Below are positions 8,741 to 19,708 of a DNA stretch of 64,000 nt, one piece after another. Location of the stretch: assembly GCA_042408925.1 (NCBI GenBank), contig JBHOQO010000139.1:3655-67654 (forward strand), in the 5' to 3' direction. Source of the stretch: Chloroflexota bacterium. Lineage in GTDB: Bacteria > Chloroflexota > Limnocylindria > Limnocylindrales > CSP1-4. The notes under the pieces are model-generated. The model ran no database searches, was not told the origin of the DNA, and saw only the letters and a program-made list of their open reading frames with translations. Both the position numbers and the translations under genes were made by a program. Within the stretch, counting starts at the first letter, position 1, and every line of letters starts with the position of its first letter.

Positions 8741-9981
8741 GCCCCCGAGTGTAGGGCGACCGAAGCCCCGAGGGAGACGCCGAGGGAGACGAGCCGGGCG
8801 ATCCGTTCGCCGCAGCGCTCGAGCGGCGCCGTCCCCGCCGCCATCGCCTCTGCCACCGAGATCGGCGCCTCGACGACCGGAACGACAACGACCCCGAACT
8901 CGCCGAGATCCCGGATCCCCTCCTCCGTCACCCCGCCCCCGACGGCGACGACGGCCCGCCCGGCCGCCCGAGCCCGTCGGGCGACCCCCATCGCCGTCTT
9001 GCCGAAGGCCGTCTGGGCGTCGATCCGGCCCTCGCCGGTGAGGACGAGGTCGGCCGCCTCGAGCTTCGACTCGAACCCCGTTTCGGCCATGACGAGCTCG
9101 ACGCCGGGCTCGAACCGGAGACTCCCGAAGCGCCCGGCGAGGCAGAGGAGGGCGAAGCCGACCCCGCCGGCCGCCCCCGCCCCCGGCGTCGTCCGTTCCC
9201 GACGGCCGGTCGCCGCCTCGAGCCGATCCGCCCAGCGCGCGAGCATCGCGTCGAGGACCGCGACGTCGCCCGGGGCCGCGCCCTTCTGCGGCCCGTACGT
9301 GGCGGCCGCGCCCGTCGGGCCGAGGAGCGGGTTGCCGACGTCGCAGGCGACCGAGAGCTCCACCTCGGCGAGCCGGGGATCGAGATCCGACAGGTCGACG
9401 GTCTCGAGGGCCTCGACGACCGCCGGCCAACCGCCCCCGCCCGGCAGCCCGTCAGCGGCGAGGAGGTCGCCCGATCGGCCCCGCAGCCGCGCCCCGAGGG
9501 CGACGAGGAGCCCGGCCCCGCCGTCGGTCGTCGCGCTCCCGCCGATCCCGAGGGTGATCCGCCGCGCCCCGCCGTCGAGGGCGGCCCGGAGGAGCTCGCC
9601 CGTCCCCCCCGTCGAGACCCGGAACGGATCGCGCTCGGAGGGCGCGAGCCGCGAGAGGCCCGAGGCCTCGGCGAGCTCGACGACCGCTCCCCGTGCCGCC
9701 CCCGCCGCTGCCTCGAGCCAGCGGGCCTCCACCTCCCGGCCGAGGGGGTCGCGGACCCGTGCCGCCCGCCACGCCCAGCCGCCGGCCGCCTCGATGGCGA
9801 CGAGCGTCCCTTCGCCCCCGTCGGCGAGCGGAGCGAGGAGGACCCGATCCCCCGGCCGGGCCCGCCCCCAGCCGGTCGCCAGGGCCCGAGCGACCTCGAC
9901 GGAGGTGAGCGACCCCTTGAACGAATCCGGCGCGACAAGGACGACGAGGCGAGGCTCGTGTCGAGCGGCCGAGCCCGCCAC
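8737..9981 (-). CDS. glxK: Glycerate kinase (GlxK/GarK family)
   Basis: Strong family motifs: VLVAPDSFKGSL, PLADGGEGT, TLGIGGSATTDGGAGLL, VACDVGNPLLGPTGAAATYGPQKGA, GAGAAGGVGFALL and LVLTGEGRIDAQTAFGK. The GTG start is at about 9979-9981. Confidence 0.8.
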   Translation of the reverse strand: MAGSAARHEPRLVVLVAPDSFKGSLTSVEVARALATGWGRARPGDRVLLAPLADGGEGTLVAIEAAGGWAWRAARVRDPLGREVEARWLEAAAGAARGAVVELAEASGLSRLAPSERDPFRVSTGGTGELLRAALDGGARRITLGIGGSATTDGGAGLLVALGARLRGRSGDLLAADGLPGGGGWPAVVEALETVDLSDLDPRLAEVELSVACDVGNPLLGPTGAAATYGPQKGAAPGDVAVLDAMLARWADRLEAATGRRERTTPGAGAAGGVGFALLCLAGRFGSLRFEPGVELVMAETGFESKLEAADLVLTGEGRIDAQTAFGKTAMGVARRARAAGRAVVAVGGGVTEEGIRDLGEFGVVVVPVVEAPISVAEAMAAGTAPLERCGERIARLVSLGVSLGASVALHSGA

Positions 9982-9986
9982 CGCCC

Positions 9987-12007
<2,021 letters not shown>

Positions 12008-12011
<4 letters not shown>

Positions 12012-13435
12012 GCGGGCCGACCCTCCGCCACGGGCGCTGCCACCGTCCCCTGCTCGGCCGGCCCGCGCTCGGCCGTCCAGCGCTCGACGAGGTACGGCTT
12101 GAGGAGCTCGAACTGGCGAGCCAGCCGCTCGACCCGCTCCTCGGCCTGTTCGGACGTGGCGGTCCGGTTCTCGACGACGAAGCCGCCGGCCCGGCCGAAG
12201 TAGATCGGGACGAGGGCGGCGACGAGCTCGGCCCGGGGGCGGTCGCGGTGCCCGGCGGCGACGATGAGGTCGTAGACGACCCGGGTCCAGATGTCGTCCG
12301 GGAAGCCGAAGGCGGCGGCCGCCTCGGCCATCTCGAGGGTCGACGGCCCGCCCGACCCGGCGGTCACGCTCGAGAGCCCGAGCCGGGTCCGGGCCTGGTC
12401 GGCGATCGTGCTCGCCTCGGCGGCGAGCTCGAGGACCGCCTCCGCCGTCGCCGGGGCGAGGATCTCCCGCCAGGTCGGGGCGAGGGTCAGGGCACCGGCC
12501 CCGAACTCGGCGAGGAGTCGGAGGGCGTTCACCTCGAGGGGCGGCGGCTCGAGGATCCGCTCGAAGCCGTAGACCGGGACCGGGTGGCTGCCCCGGATCG
12601 GGAGCCAGCGGTCGGCGTGCTCGATGGCGAGCCGGAGCGTCGTCCCGAGGACCTGCCGAAACATCGGCCCGAGGTCGGCCCCGGGGTCCTTCGGGTCGTG
12701 GACCTTCGCCCCGAGCCGGGTCTGGCAGACGGCGAAGCCGCCGATGAGGGCGTGGGTCGTCATCCAGATGTCGATCCCGAAGCGGCTGACGTCCTCGTCC
12801 CAGTCGTCGAGGCTCAGGTAGTGGCGGACGAGGTCGCCGGAAACGCCGAAGTCGCCGCCGATGGGCTGGCGGATCCGGCGCCCGTAGAGGGCCCGGGTCA
12901 GCGGGTAGGTGACGCTGTTCGTGATCGTGCCGTCGAACTTGTAGCGGGCGTAGAGGGGGGCGACGAAGTCGTAGCCGCCTTTGAGGATCGGGCCGGCGAG
13001 GAGCTCGATCCACTCGGGGAGGATCGAGCGGAGGTCGGAGTCGACGACGATGAGGGCCTCGACTTCGAGGGCGGCCGCGATTTCGAAGATCGTTCGGAGG
13101 GCGGCCCCCTTGCCGCCGACGCCGTCGATCTCCGGGTAGGTAAGGCTGAGGCGGGCGAGGCGGTTCGTCGGCCGGACGAGGAGGATCTGCTCGATGTAGT
13201 CGGGCGGCTCGGTCTCGACGACGACCCGCTGGGTCGCATCCGGGGAGCCGGCGTCGGCGTTGACGAGGACGGGCCGGAGGTCGGGGAAGTACTGGACGAG
13301 GCCGGCCTGGGCGGCGCGAACGACGTAGCCGATGGTCGCCGCGTTCTTGTAGCTCGGGATGCCGACCATGATGTCGGCTCGGCCAAGGCGCTCGACCTCG
13401 TCTCGGATCGCCGGGGTGAGGGTCGTCGCGGGCAC
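12008..13435 (-). CDS. GT81-like (GpgS/MpgS-family, GT-A fold) glycosyltransferase paralog with a roughly 170-aa C-terminal extension
   Basis: Collinear with the GpgS fold: IMVGIPSYKNAATIG (where GpgS has SLVLPTLNEEETIG), GKGAALRTIF (GKGEALWKSL), LIVVDSDLRSILPEW (DxD), APLYARYKFDGTITNSVTYPLTRALYG and QPIGGDFGVSGDLV (QPLSGEYA). The N-terminal Ser/Arg-rich part of the 619-aa track ORF overlaps the upstream gene and is treated as an artifact. The start is uncertain. Confidence 0.5.
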
Positions 13436-13517
13436 GGCTCCACCGTAGCACCCCGAGCGCGCGGCGTCCACGTGACCGACCGGATCGGCTGAGGTGCCGT
13501 GGGTCTGGCCGCGGCCG

Positions 13518-14276
13518 TCAGCGGCGAGGGATCGGGGCGAGGGTCCAGCCGCCGTTCGGGCGGCCCGGTTCGTAGCGGCTGTTCGCCGCCTTGTAGACGA
13601 CGGAGCGGAAGCCGAGCGCCCGCCAGGCGCCGAGCCAGGGCTCGATCGGGAGCCGGACGAACGCCGTCCGGCGGACGAGGGGCCCCTCGGCGAGGACGCT
13701 TTCGAGGAGCCGCTTTCGCTCGAGGAGCGGGACGTCGAGGAGCGGCTCGCCGTCGAGGGCGAGGAGGTCGATGGCGACGAAGGCGAGCCGGTCGCCCGGC
13801 CGGCGTTCGAGGGGCGGGCCGGCATCCTCGCGGCCGCGGCGTCGGCCGAAGACGAGCTGGGCGGCAAGCTCGCCGGCCGTCGGGACCTCGACCTCGCCCG
13901 GCAGGATCCCCTCGCCGCTCCGACTCGCCTGGAGCGTCAAGAACCCGTCGAGGACGGCGTCGGCGGCGCGGATCGCGGCGCGGAGGGCCTCGACGAGGGC
14001 CTCCAGCTCCGCACGGCCCGCCGCCGAGCTCGGATCGGGGTGGGCATCGGGACCGGTCAGGGCCGTTCCCTCGGCGTCGATGATCCGGAGGCCCGCCGCC
14101 TCGAGGTGGACGAGGACCCGTCGGCCCTCCCAGAGCGGCTCGACGATCGGGTCGACGATGTCGCGCGGACGCCGGTCGCCGAAGGCGGCCGGTCGCCAGG
14201 CGGCGCGGTCGGCGAGGGCGGTACGAGGCGCAAGATCCGGGTGGCCCACACTTGGATCGTACTCCCGGCGGGCCAC
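13518..14276 (-). CDS. ATP-dependent DNA ligase-like nucleotidyltransferase-domain protein with degenerate catalytic motif I (KxDG becomes LWEG); probable pseudo-enzyme
   Basis: Ligase motifs are recognisable: EPLWEGRRVLVHLEAAGLRIIDAEG (motif I position), AVLDGFL (III), LAFVAIDLLALDGEPLLDVPLLERKRLL (IIIa), RSVVYK (IV) and NSRYEPGRPNGGW (V). There is no OB domain. The start is uncertain. Confidence 0.45.
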   Translation of the reverse strand: MARREYDPSVGHPDLAPRTALADRAAWRPAAFGDRRPRDIVDPIVEPLWEGRRVLVHLEAAGLRIIDAEGTALTGPDAHPDPSSAAGRAELEALVEALRAAIRAADAVLDGFLTLQASRSGEGILPGEVEVPTAGELAAQLVFGRRRGREDAGPPLERRPGDRLAFVAIDLLALDGEPLLDVPLLERKRLLESVLAEGPLVRRTAFVRLPIEPWLGAWRALGFRSVVYKAANSRYEPGRPNGGWTLAPIPRR

Positions 14277-14295
14277 CGGGCGTGATGAGGGGGCC

Positions 14296-15294
14296 CTACG
14301 GTCCCTCGTACCCCGTCGGATGGTCGAGGAGCCAGGCCCAGGCCGAGCCAATCATCGCCTCGAGGGAGCTCCGGGCAGGGCGCCAGCCGAGGACCTCGGC
14401 CGCGCGCCGGTTCGAGGCGACGAGGATCGGCGGATCGCCGGGGCGGCGCGGGCCGACCCGCTGCGGGATCGGGCGGCCGACGACGGCCTCGGCGGCGGCG
14501 AGGACCTCGCGGACGCTGTAGCCGCGCTCGGTCCCGAGGTTGCAGACGAGGGGCGCCGCGGTCCGCGGGTCGTCGGGCGCGGTCGCCTCGAGGGCGGCCA
14601 GGTGGGCCTCGGCGAGATCGGCGACGTGGATGTAGTCGCGGATGCACGTCCCGTCCGGGGTCGGGTAGTCGTCGCCGTAGACGACGACCTCGGGGGCTCG
14701 TCCCTGGGCGGCGGCGAGGACGTTCGGGATGAGGTGGGTCTCGGGGACGTGCCATTCGCCGACCCGGTCGGTCGCCCCGGCGACGTTGAAGTACCGGAGG
14801 CTGACGCTCCGGAGGCCGTAGGCGTGGCCGTACCAGGAGAGGGCGGCTTCGAGGGTCCGCTTCGTCTCGCCGTACGGGTTGATCGGGCGGAGGGGAGCGT
14901 CCTCGGTGATCGGGACCGCGTCGGGGATCCCGTAGACCGCGGCCGTCGAACTGAGGACGAAGCGCCCGACGCCGGCCCGCCGACAGGCCTCGAGGAGGGC
15001 GATCCCGCCGGCGACGTTGTCGCGATAGTAGCGGGCCGGATCGGCGATCGATTCCCCGACGAGGGAGCGGGCGGCGCAATGGAGGACGGCCTCGATCCCC
15101 TCCTCGCCAAGGAGGTCGCCGACGGCCGCTTCGTCGGCGTACGTCCCGACGACGAGGCGGGCGGCCTCGGGGACCGCGAGCGCGTGGCCCGTCGTGAGGT
15201 CGTCGAGGACGACGACGGTGTGGCCCACCTCGACGAGGCGTTCGACGCTCGCGGCACCGACGTAGCCGGCGCCGCCGGTCACCAGGATGCGCAT
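14296..15294 (-). CDS. galE: UDP-glucose 4-epimerase
   Basis: MRILVTGGAGYVG Rossmann motif, the YxxxK active site in NPYGETKRTLE, and full-length similarity to the GalE pattern (332 aa). Confidence 0.85.
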   Translation of the reverse strand: MRILVTGGAGYVGAASVERLVEVGHTVVVLDDLTTGHALAVPEAARLVVGTYADEAAVGDLLGEEGIEAVLHCAARSLVGESIADPARYYRDNVAGGIALLEACRRAGVGRFVLSSTAAVYGIPDAVPITEDAPLRPINPYGETKRTLEAALSWYGHAYGLRSVSLRYFNVAGATDRVGEWHVPETHLIPNVLAAAQGRAPEVVVYGDDYPTPDGTCIRDYIHVADLAEAHLAALEATAPDDPRTAAPLVCNLGTERGYSVREVLAAAEAVVGRPIPQRVGPRRPGDPPILVASNRRAAEVLGWRPARSSLEAMIGSAWAWLLDHPTGYEGP

Positions 15295-15383
15295 CGGCGG
15301 AGCGAGCGGGGGTTCGGGCGGGCGATCGGAGCGAGCGCGAGGATCATTGAGCGGATGGTAGCCGGCCGGGATGGTGACGGGCC

Positions 15384-15839
15384 TCAGGGCCGGCGGAGGA
15401 GCCGGCCCAGCCAGCCGCGCCGTCGTCGCGCGGGGGCATCGGCGTCGCGCGGCGCGGGCGGCCGGGCGTCCGGGTGCGCTTCGGGTGCCGCCCGGGTCGC
15501 GGGTGCCACACCGGTCTCGGGTGCCGCCCCGGTCTCGGGTGCCGCCCCGGTCTCGGGTGCCGCCCCGGTTGCCGCCGCCCGGGTCGCTCGAACCTCCTCG
15601 AGGCGGGCGACGAGCCGCTGCGCCGCGACGTTCTCGGGATCGGCCGCCAGGGCCTGCCGTGCCAGCTCGAGCGCTCCCGCTTCGTCACCGCGCTCGAGGG
15701 CGACCCGAGCGAGCCCGACGATGGCGATGGCGTTCCCGGGGTCGGCGGCGAGGACCTGCCGGTACGTCTGCTCGGCCCGATCGAGGAGCCCGGCGACGAG
15801 GGCCCGCTCGGCGTCGAGGAGGAGCTCGATGGTCGTCAC
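15384..15839 (-). CDS. TPR-repeat protein with a C-terminal AAPETG tandem repeat
   Basis: TPR-like helices: YRQVLAADPGNAIAIVGLARVALERGDEAGALELARQALAADPEN. The C-terminal AAPETG x3 is encoded by an 18-bp tandem repeat at about 15485-15560. Confidence 0.45.
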   Translation of the reverse strand: MTTIELLLDAERALVAGLLDRAEQTYRQVLAADPGNAIAIVGLARVALERGDEAGALELARQALAADPENVAAQRLVARLEEVRATRAAATGAAPETGAAPETGAAPETGVAPATRAAPEAHPDARPPAPRDADAPARRRRGWLGRLLRRP

Positions 15840-15845
15840 GATCCG

Positions 15846-17250
15846 CTACGCCTCGTCGGCGGCCAGGGACCGGGCGAGGAGGAGGAGGGTCGGTCGCTCG
15901 TTCAGCGACGGGTCGGCGACGACCCGCTCGAGGAGGGCGTCGAGGATTCGACCGAGGCGCGGCCCCGGCTCCACACCGAGCTCGGCGATGAGGTCGTCGC
16001 CGTCGACGGCGAGGTCGCGTCGGTCGAGGACGACCGGGCCGGCGAGGATCGCCGCGACGCGCGCCTCGAGCTCGGCCACGCCGGTCGCTTCGGGCGGCAG
16101 GCCGCTCCCGACGTTGTCGGCCCGTCGCAAGGCGAAGAGCTCGTCGAGGGCGTCGGGGCCGATCCGGGCGATGAAGCGTCGGACGGCGGCGTCGCTCCAG
16201 CTCCCCTCGTAGGAGAACATGTGGTGACGGACGAGGTGGGCGACCCGCTCGATCGTCTCGCGGGGCAGCCGGAGGCGCCGGAGGATCACCTCGCTCAGCT
16301 CCGCCCCCCGGAGCTCGTGGCCCGGGAAGTGCCCCTCGGCGGCCGTTCCGGGCTTGCCGACGTCGTGGAGGAGGGCAGCGAGCCGGACGATCGGCCGCTC
16401 GGCCGGTGCGGCATCGACGGTCCGGAGCGTGTGGGCCCAGAGGTCGTCGCCGGGAACCTTGGCCTGGGGGACCCCGCGCTGGGCGGCGAGCTCGGGGAGG
16501 AGGCGTTCGAGAAGGCCGGTCGCCTCGAGGAGCCCGAGGCCGATGGACGGCCGGCGGGCGGCGAGGAGCTTCGTCAGCTCGGCCGCGATCCGTTCGCCCG
16601 AAAGGTGGCGGACGAGGTCGGCCCGCTCCCGGATCGCCGCGAGCGTGGCCGGCTCGATCTCGAACTCGAGGACGGCGGCGAGGCGGATCGCCCGGACCAT
16701 CCGGAGGGCGTCCTCCCCGAAGCGGTCGAACGGGTTGCCGACGGCCCGGATCCGGCGGGCGGCGAGGTCGGCGAGGCCGCCGTGGGGGTCGACCAGGCGG
16801 ATCTCGGCGGGCGTGCCGTCGGGGCTCGGCTCGGCGCCCCAGGCGAGGGCGTTGATCGTGAAGTCGCGGCGGGCGAGGTCGTCCTCGATCCGCTCGCCAA
16901 ACTCGACCCGGTGGGGGCGGCGGAAGTCGGCGTACTCGTGCTCGGAGCGGAAGGTCGTGATCTCGTGGACGCCGTCCCGGCGGCGGACGCCGACGGTCCC
17001 GAACTGGTTCTCGTACGACGCGTCGGGGAAGACCGCCAGGACCTCCTCGGGGCGGGCGGCGGTGGCGAGGTCCCAGTCGGCGGCCGGGCGGTCGAGGAGG
17101 ACGTCGCGGAGCGAGCCGCCGACGAGGTAGGCGGCGTGGCCGGCGGCCCAGAGCCGGCGGAGGAGGTCGAGGACGGGTTCGGGGACGGCGGCGGCGATCT
17201 TCGCCCGGGCGGCCTCGGGATCGAGCGGCTCGGCGGGCGTGTTCGGCTCG
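15846..17250 (-). CDS. cca: CCA-adding enzyme / poly(A) polymerase-family tRNA nucleotidyltransferase with a C-terminal HD domain
   Basis: Pol-beta nucleotidyltransferase head GGSLRDVLLDRPAADWDLAT; RDFTINALAW; HD region HLVRHHMF...LRRADNVGSG. The start is approximate; the upstream part of the track ORF runs through a 17-bp tandem repeat and the HNH gene in another frame. Confidence 0.65.
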
Positions 17251-17254
17251 GTCG

Positions 17255-17345
17255 GCCTTCGTCCTGTGGTGGGCCCTCGCCCCGCGGTCGACCCTCGCCC
17301 CGCGGTCGACCCTCGCCGCGCGGTCGACCCTCGCCGCGCGGTCGA
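17255..17345. repeat. 17-bp tandem repeat (CGCGGTCGACCCTCGCC) x4
   Basis: Read directly: 'ccgcggtcgaccctcgccccgcggtcgaccctcgccgcgcggtcgaccctcgccgcgcggtcgac'. Confidence 0.8.
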
Positions 17346-17368
17346 CTCGTCCCGTCCCCGACCGGCGC

Positions 17369-17884
17369 TCAGCTCCGGCCGAGGAAGAGGTACGTCCGCC
17401 ACGCCTCGTTCCGCGAATCGGCGAGGTACGGCGTGAACAGCGAGTAGACGTCGCTCCTCGGCTCGAAGGGCTGCCGGATCAGGCGCATCCGAGCCTCCTC
17501 GAGGGTCTTGCCGCCCTTGCGGTGGTTGCAGCTCTTGCAGGCCGTCACGAGGTTCTCCCAGGTGTGGCCGCCGCCGCGGTGGCGGGGCACGACGTGATCG
17601 AGGGTCAAATCGTTCGTCTGGCGGCCGCAGTACTGACAGGTGTAGTGGTCGCGGGCGAAGACCTCGCGACGGGCGAGCCGGACCCGCGGTCGCGGTCGCC
17701 GGACGAGGTGCTGGAGGCGGATTACGGACGGCGCCCGGAACTCGGTCCGCGGCGTCCGGACGACCTGGTGGTCGTATTCGATGACCTCGGCCTTGGCGCC
17801 CAGGATGAGCCGGAACGCGCGCGGCAGGTTGCACACGTTCAGCGGCTCGTAGTTCTGGTTCAGCACGAGGACGACGCCGTCCAT
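17369..17884 (-). CDS. HNH endonuclease
   Basis: HNH motif YTCQYCGRQTNDLTLDHVVPRHRGGGHTWENLVTACKSCNHRKGG, preceded by the conserved LVLNQNYEPLNV N-terminus. I trimmed the start to the internal ATG (MDGVVLVL). Confidence 0.7.
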   Translation of the reverse strand: MDGVVLVLNQNYEPLNVCNLPRAFRLILGAKAEVIEYDHQVVRTPRTEFRAPSVIRLQHLVRRPRPRVRLARREVFARDHYTCQYCGRQTNDLTLDHVVPRHRGGGHTWENLVTACKSCNHRKGGKTLEEARMRLIRQPFEPRSDVYSLFTPYLADSRNEAWRTYLFLGRS

Positions 17885-17989
17885 GATGGAGGCGATGGTA
17901 ATCGAGCCGAGCCCGGCGTGTTGTCCGCGCGGGTGCCGGTCGTCCTCGGCCGCGTCCGCGGCCCCGCCCCGTGCCGGCCCGCCGCGCCC

Positions 17990-18295
17990 AGCCATTCGTC
18001 CGGTGCATGGAATGTCGTGCGGCACCGGCCGCGACGCGCCACCTATTCACCCGGCGCATCTCCGCCCCGGTCGGCGGCCCTCCGCCGCTCCGCGCATTCC
18101 CGAGGCGAATACAAGCCGGCCCGCAACCGGCCGCGACCGACCGTGCATTCTCCCGGCGAATGGGCGACCAGGCCGGCCGCCCATCGGCGCCCGTACATTC
18201 ACCGCCCGCATGATCGACCGGGGTCGGCCGCGTCGCATCACGCCAGCATGCGCCCGATGAATGTCCGACGATCTCCGGACGTCAGTCCCGGGCTC
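17990..18295. repeat. Six-unit tandem array with about 51-bp period; each unit carries an imperfect CATTC-N7-8-GAATG inverted repeat
   Basis: Units begin near 17993 (cattcgtccggtgcatggaatg), 18044 (tattcacccggcgcatc), 18096 (cattcccgaggcgaata), 18146 (cattctcccggcgaatg), 18196 (cattcaccgcccgcatga) and 18247 (catgcgcccgatgaatg). The array lies in the roughly 500-bp gap between the HNH gene's 5' end and the liu operon's 3' end. Confidence 0.7.
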
Positions 18296-18391
18296 GGCCA
18301 CCCAGGGCCACTCCGCCGCCCCCGGCCCCCTTCGTGGCGCCGCTCCCGGCGACCGCCCGGCCGCCCGCAGCACCCGACCGCCTGCCGCCCC

Positions 18392-19381
18392 TCAGTCGGG
18401 CCGAACCGGCCACCCGCCGGCCTGGCCCACCTTCGAGGCCAGCGGCCGCCCGAGCGCCCCGCTGATGAAGCGACCCGCCTCGAGGACCCCCGCCAGGTCC
18501 ACCCCGTGCTCCCAGCCCTCGCCGTCGAGCAGGTAGACGAGGTCCTCCGTCGCCAGGTTGCCGGCCGCGCCCGGGGCGTACGGGCAGCCGCCCGTCCCGC
18601 CGCTCGAGGCGTCGAAGCAGCGGACGCCCGCGGCCAGGCCCGCCACCACGTTCGCGAGCGCCGTCCCTCGAGTGTCGTGGAGGTGGAGGGCGAGCCGGTC
18701 GAGTCCGATCCCGGCGTCCACCGCCCGCCCGACGAGGTCGCCGACCTGGCTGGGCACCCCGACCCCGATCGTGTCGCCGAAGCAGACCTCGTCGACCCCG
18801 AGCTCGAGGAGGCGGGCCCCGACGGCGACCGCCCGGGCCGGGTCGACCCGCCCCTCGTACGGGCAGCCGAAGGCGGTCGAGACGTAGCCGCGGACCCACC
18901 AGCCCCGCTCGCGGGCCGCGGCGACGACCGGGCCGAACGTCGCCAGGCTCTCGGCGACGGTCATCCCGATGTTGTGGCGGGTGAAGGCGTCCGTGGCGGC
19001 CGTGAAGACCGCGATCGCCTCGATCCCGGCCCGTTCCGCCCGCTCCAGGCCCCGGAGGTTCGGGACGAGGGCGACGTAGCGGATCCCCGGGCGCCGCGGG
19101 AGCCCGGCCGCGACCGCCTCGGCGTCGGCGAGCTGGGGGACGGCGCGGGGCGAGACGAAGCTCGTCGCCTCGATCTCCCGGAGTCCGGCGGCGACGAGCA
19201 GCTCAAGGTACCGGAGCTTCGCCGCGGTCGGGATCGGGGTCGCCTCGTTCTGGAGGCCGTCGCGCGGCCCGACCTCGTAGATCCGGACCCGACGGTCCGC
19301 GGCCGCCGGCGGGTCGGCGCCCGGTTGCCGGGCGGTCGGGTCGGGCCCGGTCCCTTCGGCTCCGGCCCCGATCCCGCCCAC
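18392..19381 (-). CDS. Hydroxymethylglutaryl-CoA lyase
   Basis: VRIYEVGPRDGLQNE, TSFVSPRAVPQ, the HLHDTRGTALANV motif and C-terminal GGCPYAPGAAGN are characteristic of HMGL. The start may be internal. Confidence 0.75.
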   Translation of the reverse strand: MGGIGAGAEGTGPDPTARQPGADPPAAADRRVRIYEVGPRDGLQNEATPIPTAAKLRYLELLVAAGLREIEATSFVSPRAVPQLADAEAVAAGLPRRPGIRYVALVPNLRGLERAERAGIEAIAVFTAATDAFTRHNIGMTVAESLATFGPVVAAARERGWWVRGYVSTAFGCPYEGRVDPARAVAVGARLLELGVDEVCFGDTIGVGVPSQVGDLVGRAVDAGIGLDRLALHLHDTRGTALANVVAGLAAGVRCFDASSGGTGGCPYAPGAAGNLATEDLVYLLDGEGWEHGVDLAGVLEAGRFISGALGRPLASKVGQAGGWPVRPD

Positions 19382-19400
19382 GACCTCGCTCCCGAGCGGC

Positions 19401-19676
19401 CTACAGCCGCGGCGGATCCGCGGTCCGGTCGAGCTCGGCGATGGCGACCTCGATCCGGGCGATCTCCTGGACGGCGGCGACCCACTCCTCGCTCCCGAGC
19501 GGCGCCGCGTTCCGACGCCGCCGTGCCGCGGCGTGGGCGGCGAGGAGCGCCTCGCGGGTGGGCCGCTCCCCGCCCGATGCGGCGGCGGTCGTCGGGGGAT
19601 CGGTGACTGGTGGTCGGTTCGGCGTCGGCATCGCGAATGTCGGTCCCGTCTGGCGATCGAGCTTCGGCTCGATCAT
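19401..19676 (-). CDS. Small hypothetical protein (about 91 aa) between the methylcrotonyl-CoA carboxylase alpha gene and the HMG-CoA lyase gene
   Basis: An ATG-initiated ORF MIEPKLDRQTGPTFAMPTPNRPP...EEWVAAVQEIARIEVAIAELDRTADPPRL fills the gap. No family was recognised, so this could be a GC artifact. Confidence 0.25.
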   Translation of the reverse strand: MIEPKLDRQTGPTFAMPTPNRPPVTDPPTTAAASGGERPTREALLAAHAAARRRRNAAPLGSEEWVAAVQEIARIEVAIAELDRTADPPRL

Positions 19677-19708
19677 CGTAGCGCCTCTAGCGCCTCGGCT
19701 GAGGAGCC

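Noticed and set aside
7853-9430. Full 525-aa track ORF as the nth gene
   Set aside because: Only the last roughly 240-295 aa are endonuclease III. The upstream 230 aa are Gly/Arg-rich and overlap the glycerate kinase gene in another frame. The gene was therefore trimmed to the GTG at 8740, which overlaps the glxK stop.
15846-18059. Full 737-aa ORF as a single CCA-enzyme gene
   Set aside because: The N-terminal third runs through the 17-bp tandem repeat and the HNH endonuclease locus, which is encoded in a different frame (17369..17884). The ORF was trimmed to about 17250.
17990-18295. Possibility that the tandem-repeat arrays (here, at 25.1-25.5 kb and at 0.9-1.2 kb) are CRISPR arrays
   Set aside because: Units are degenerate rather than exact. 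There is no alternation of identical repeats with unique spacers of fixed length. Inverted copies occur within the same cluster, and no cas genes are in the window.
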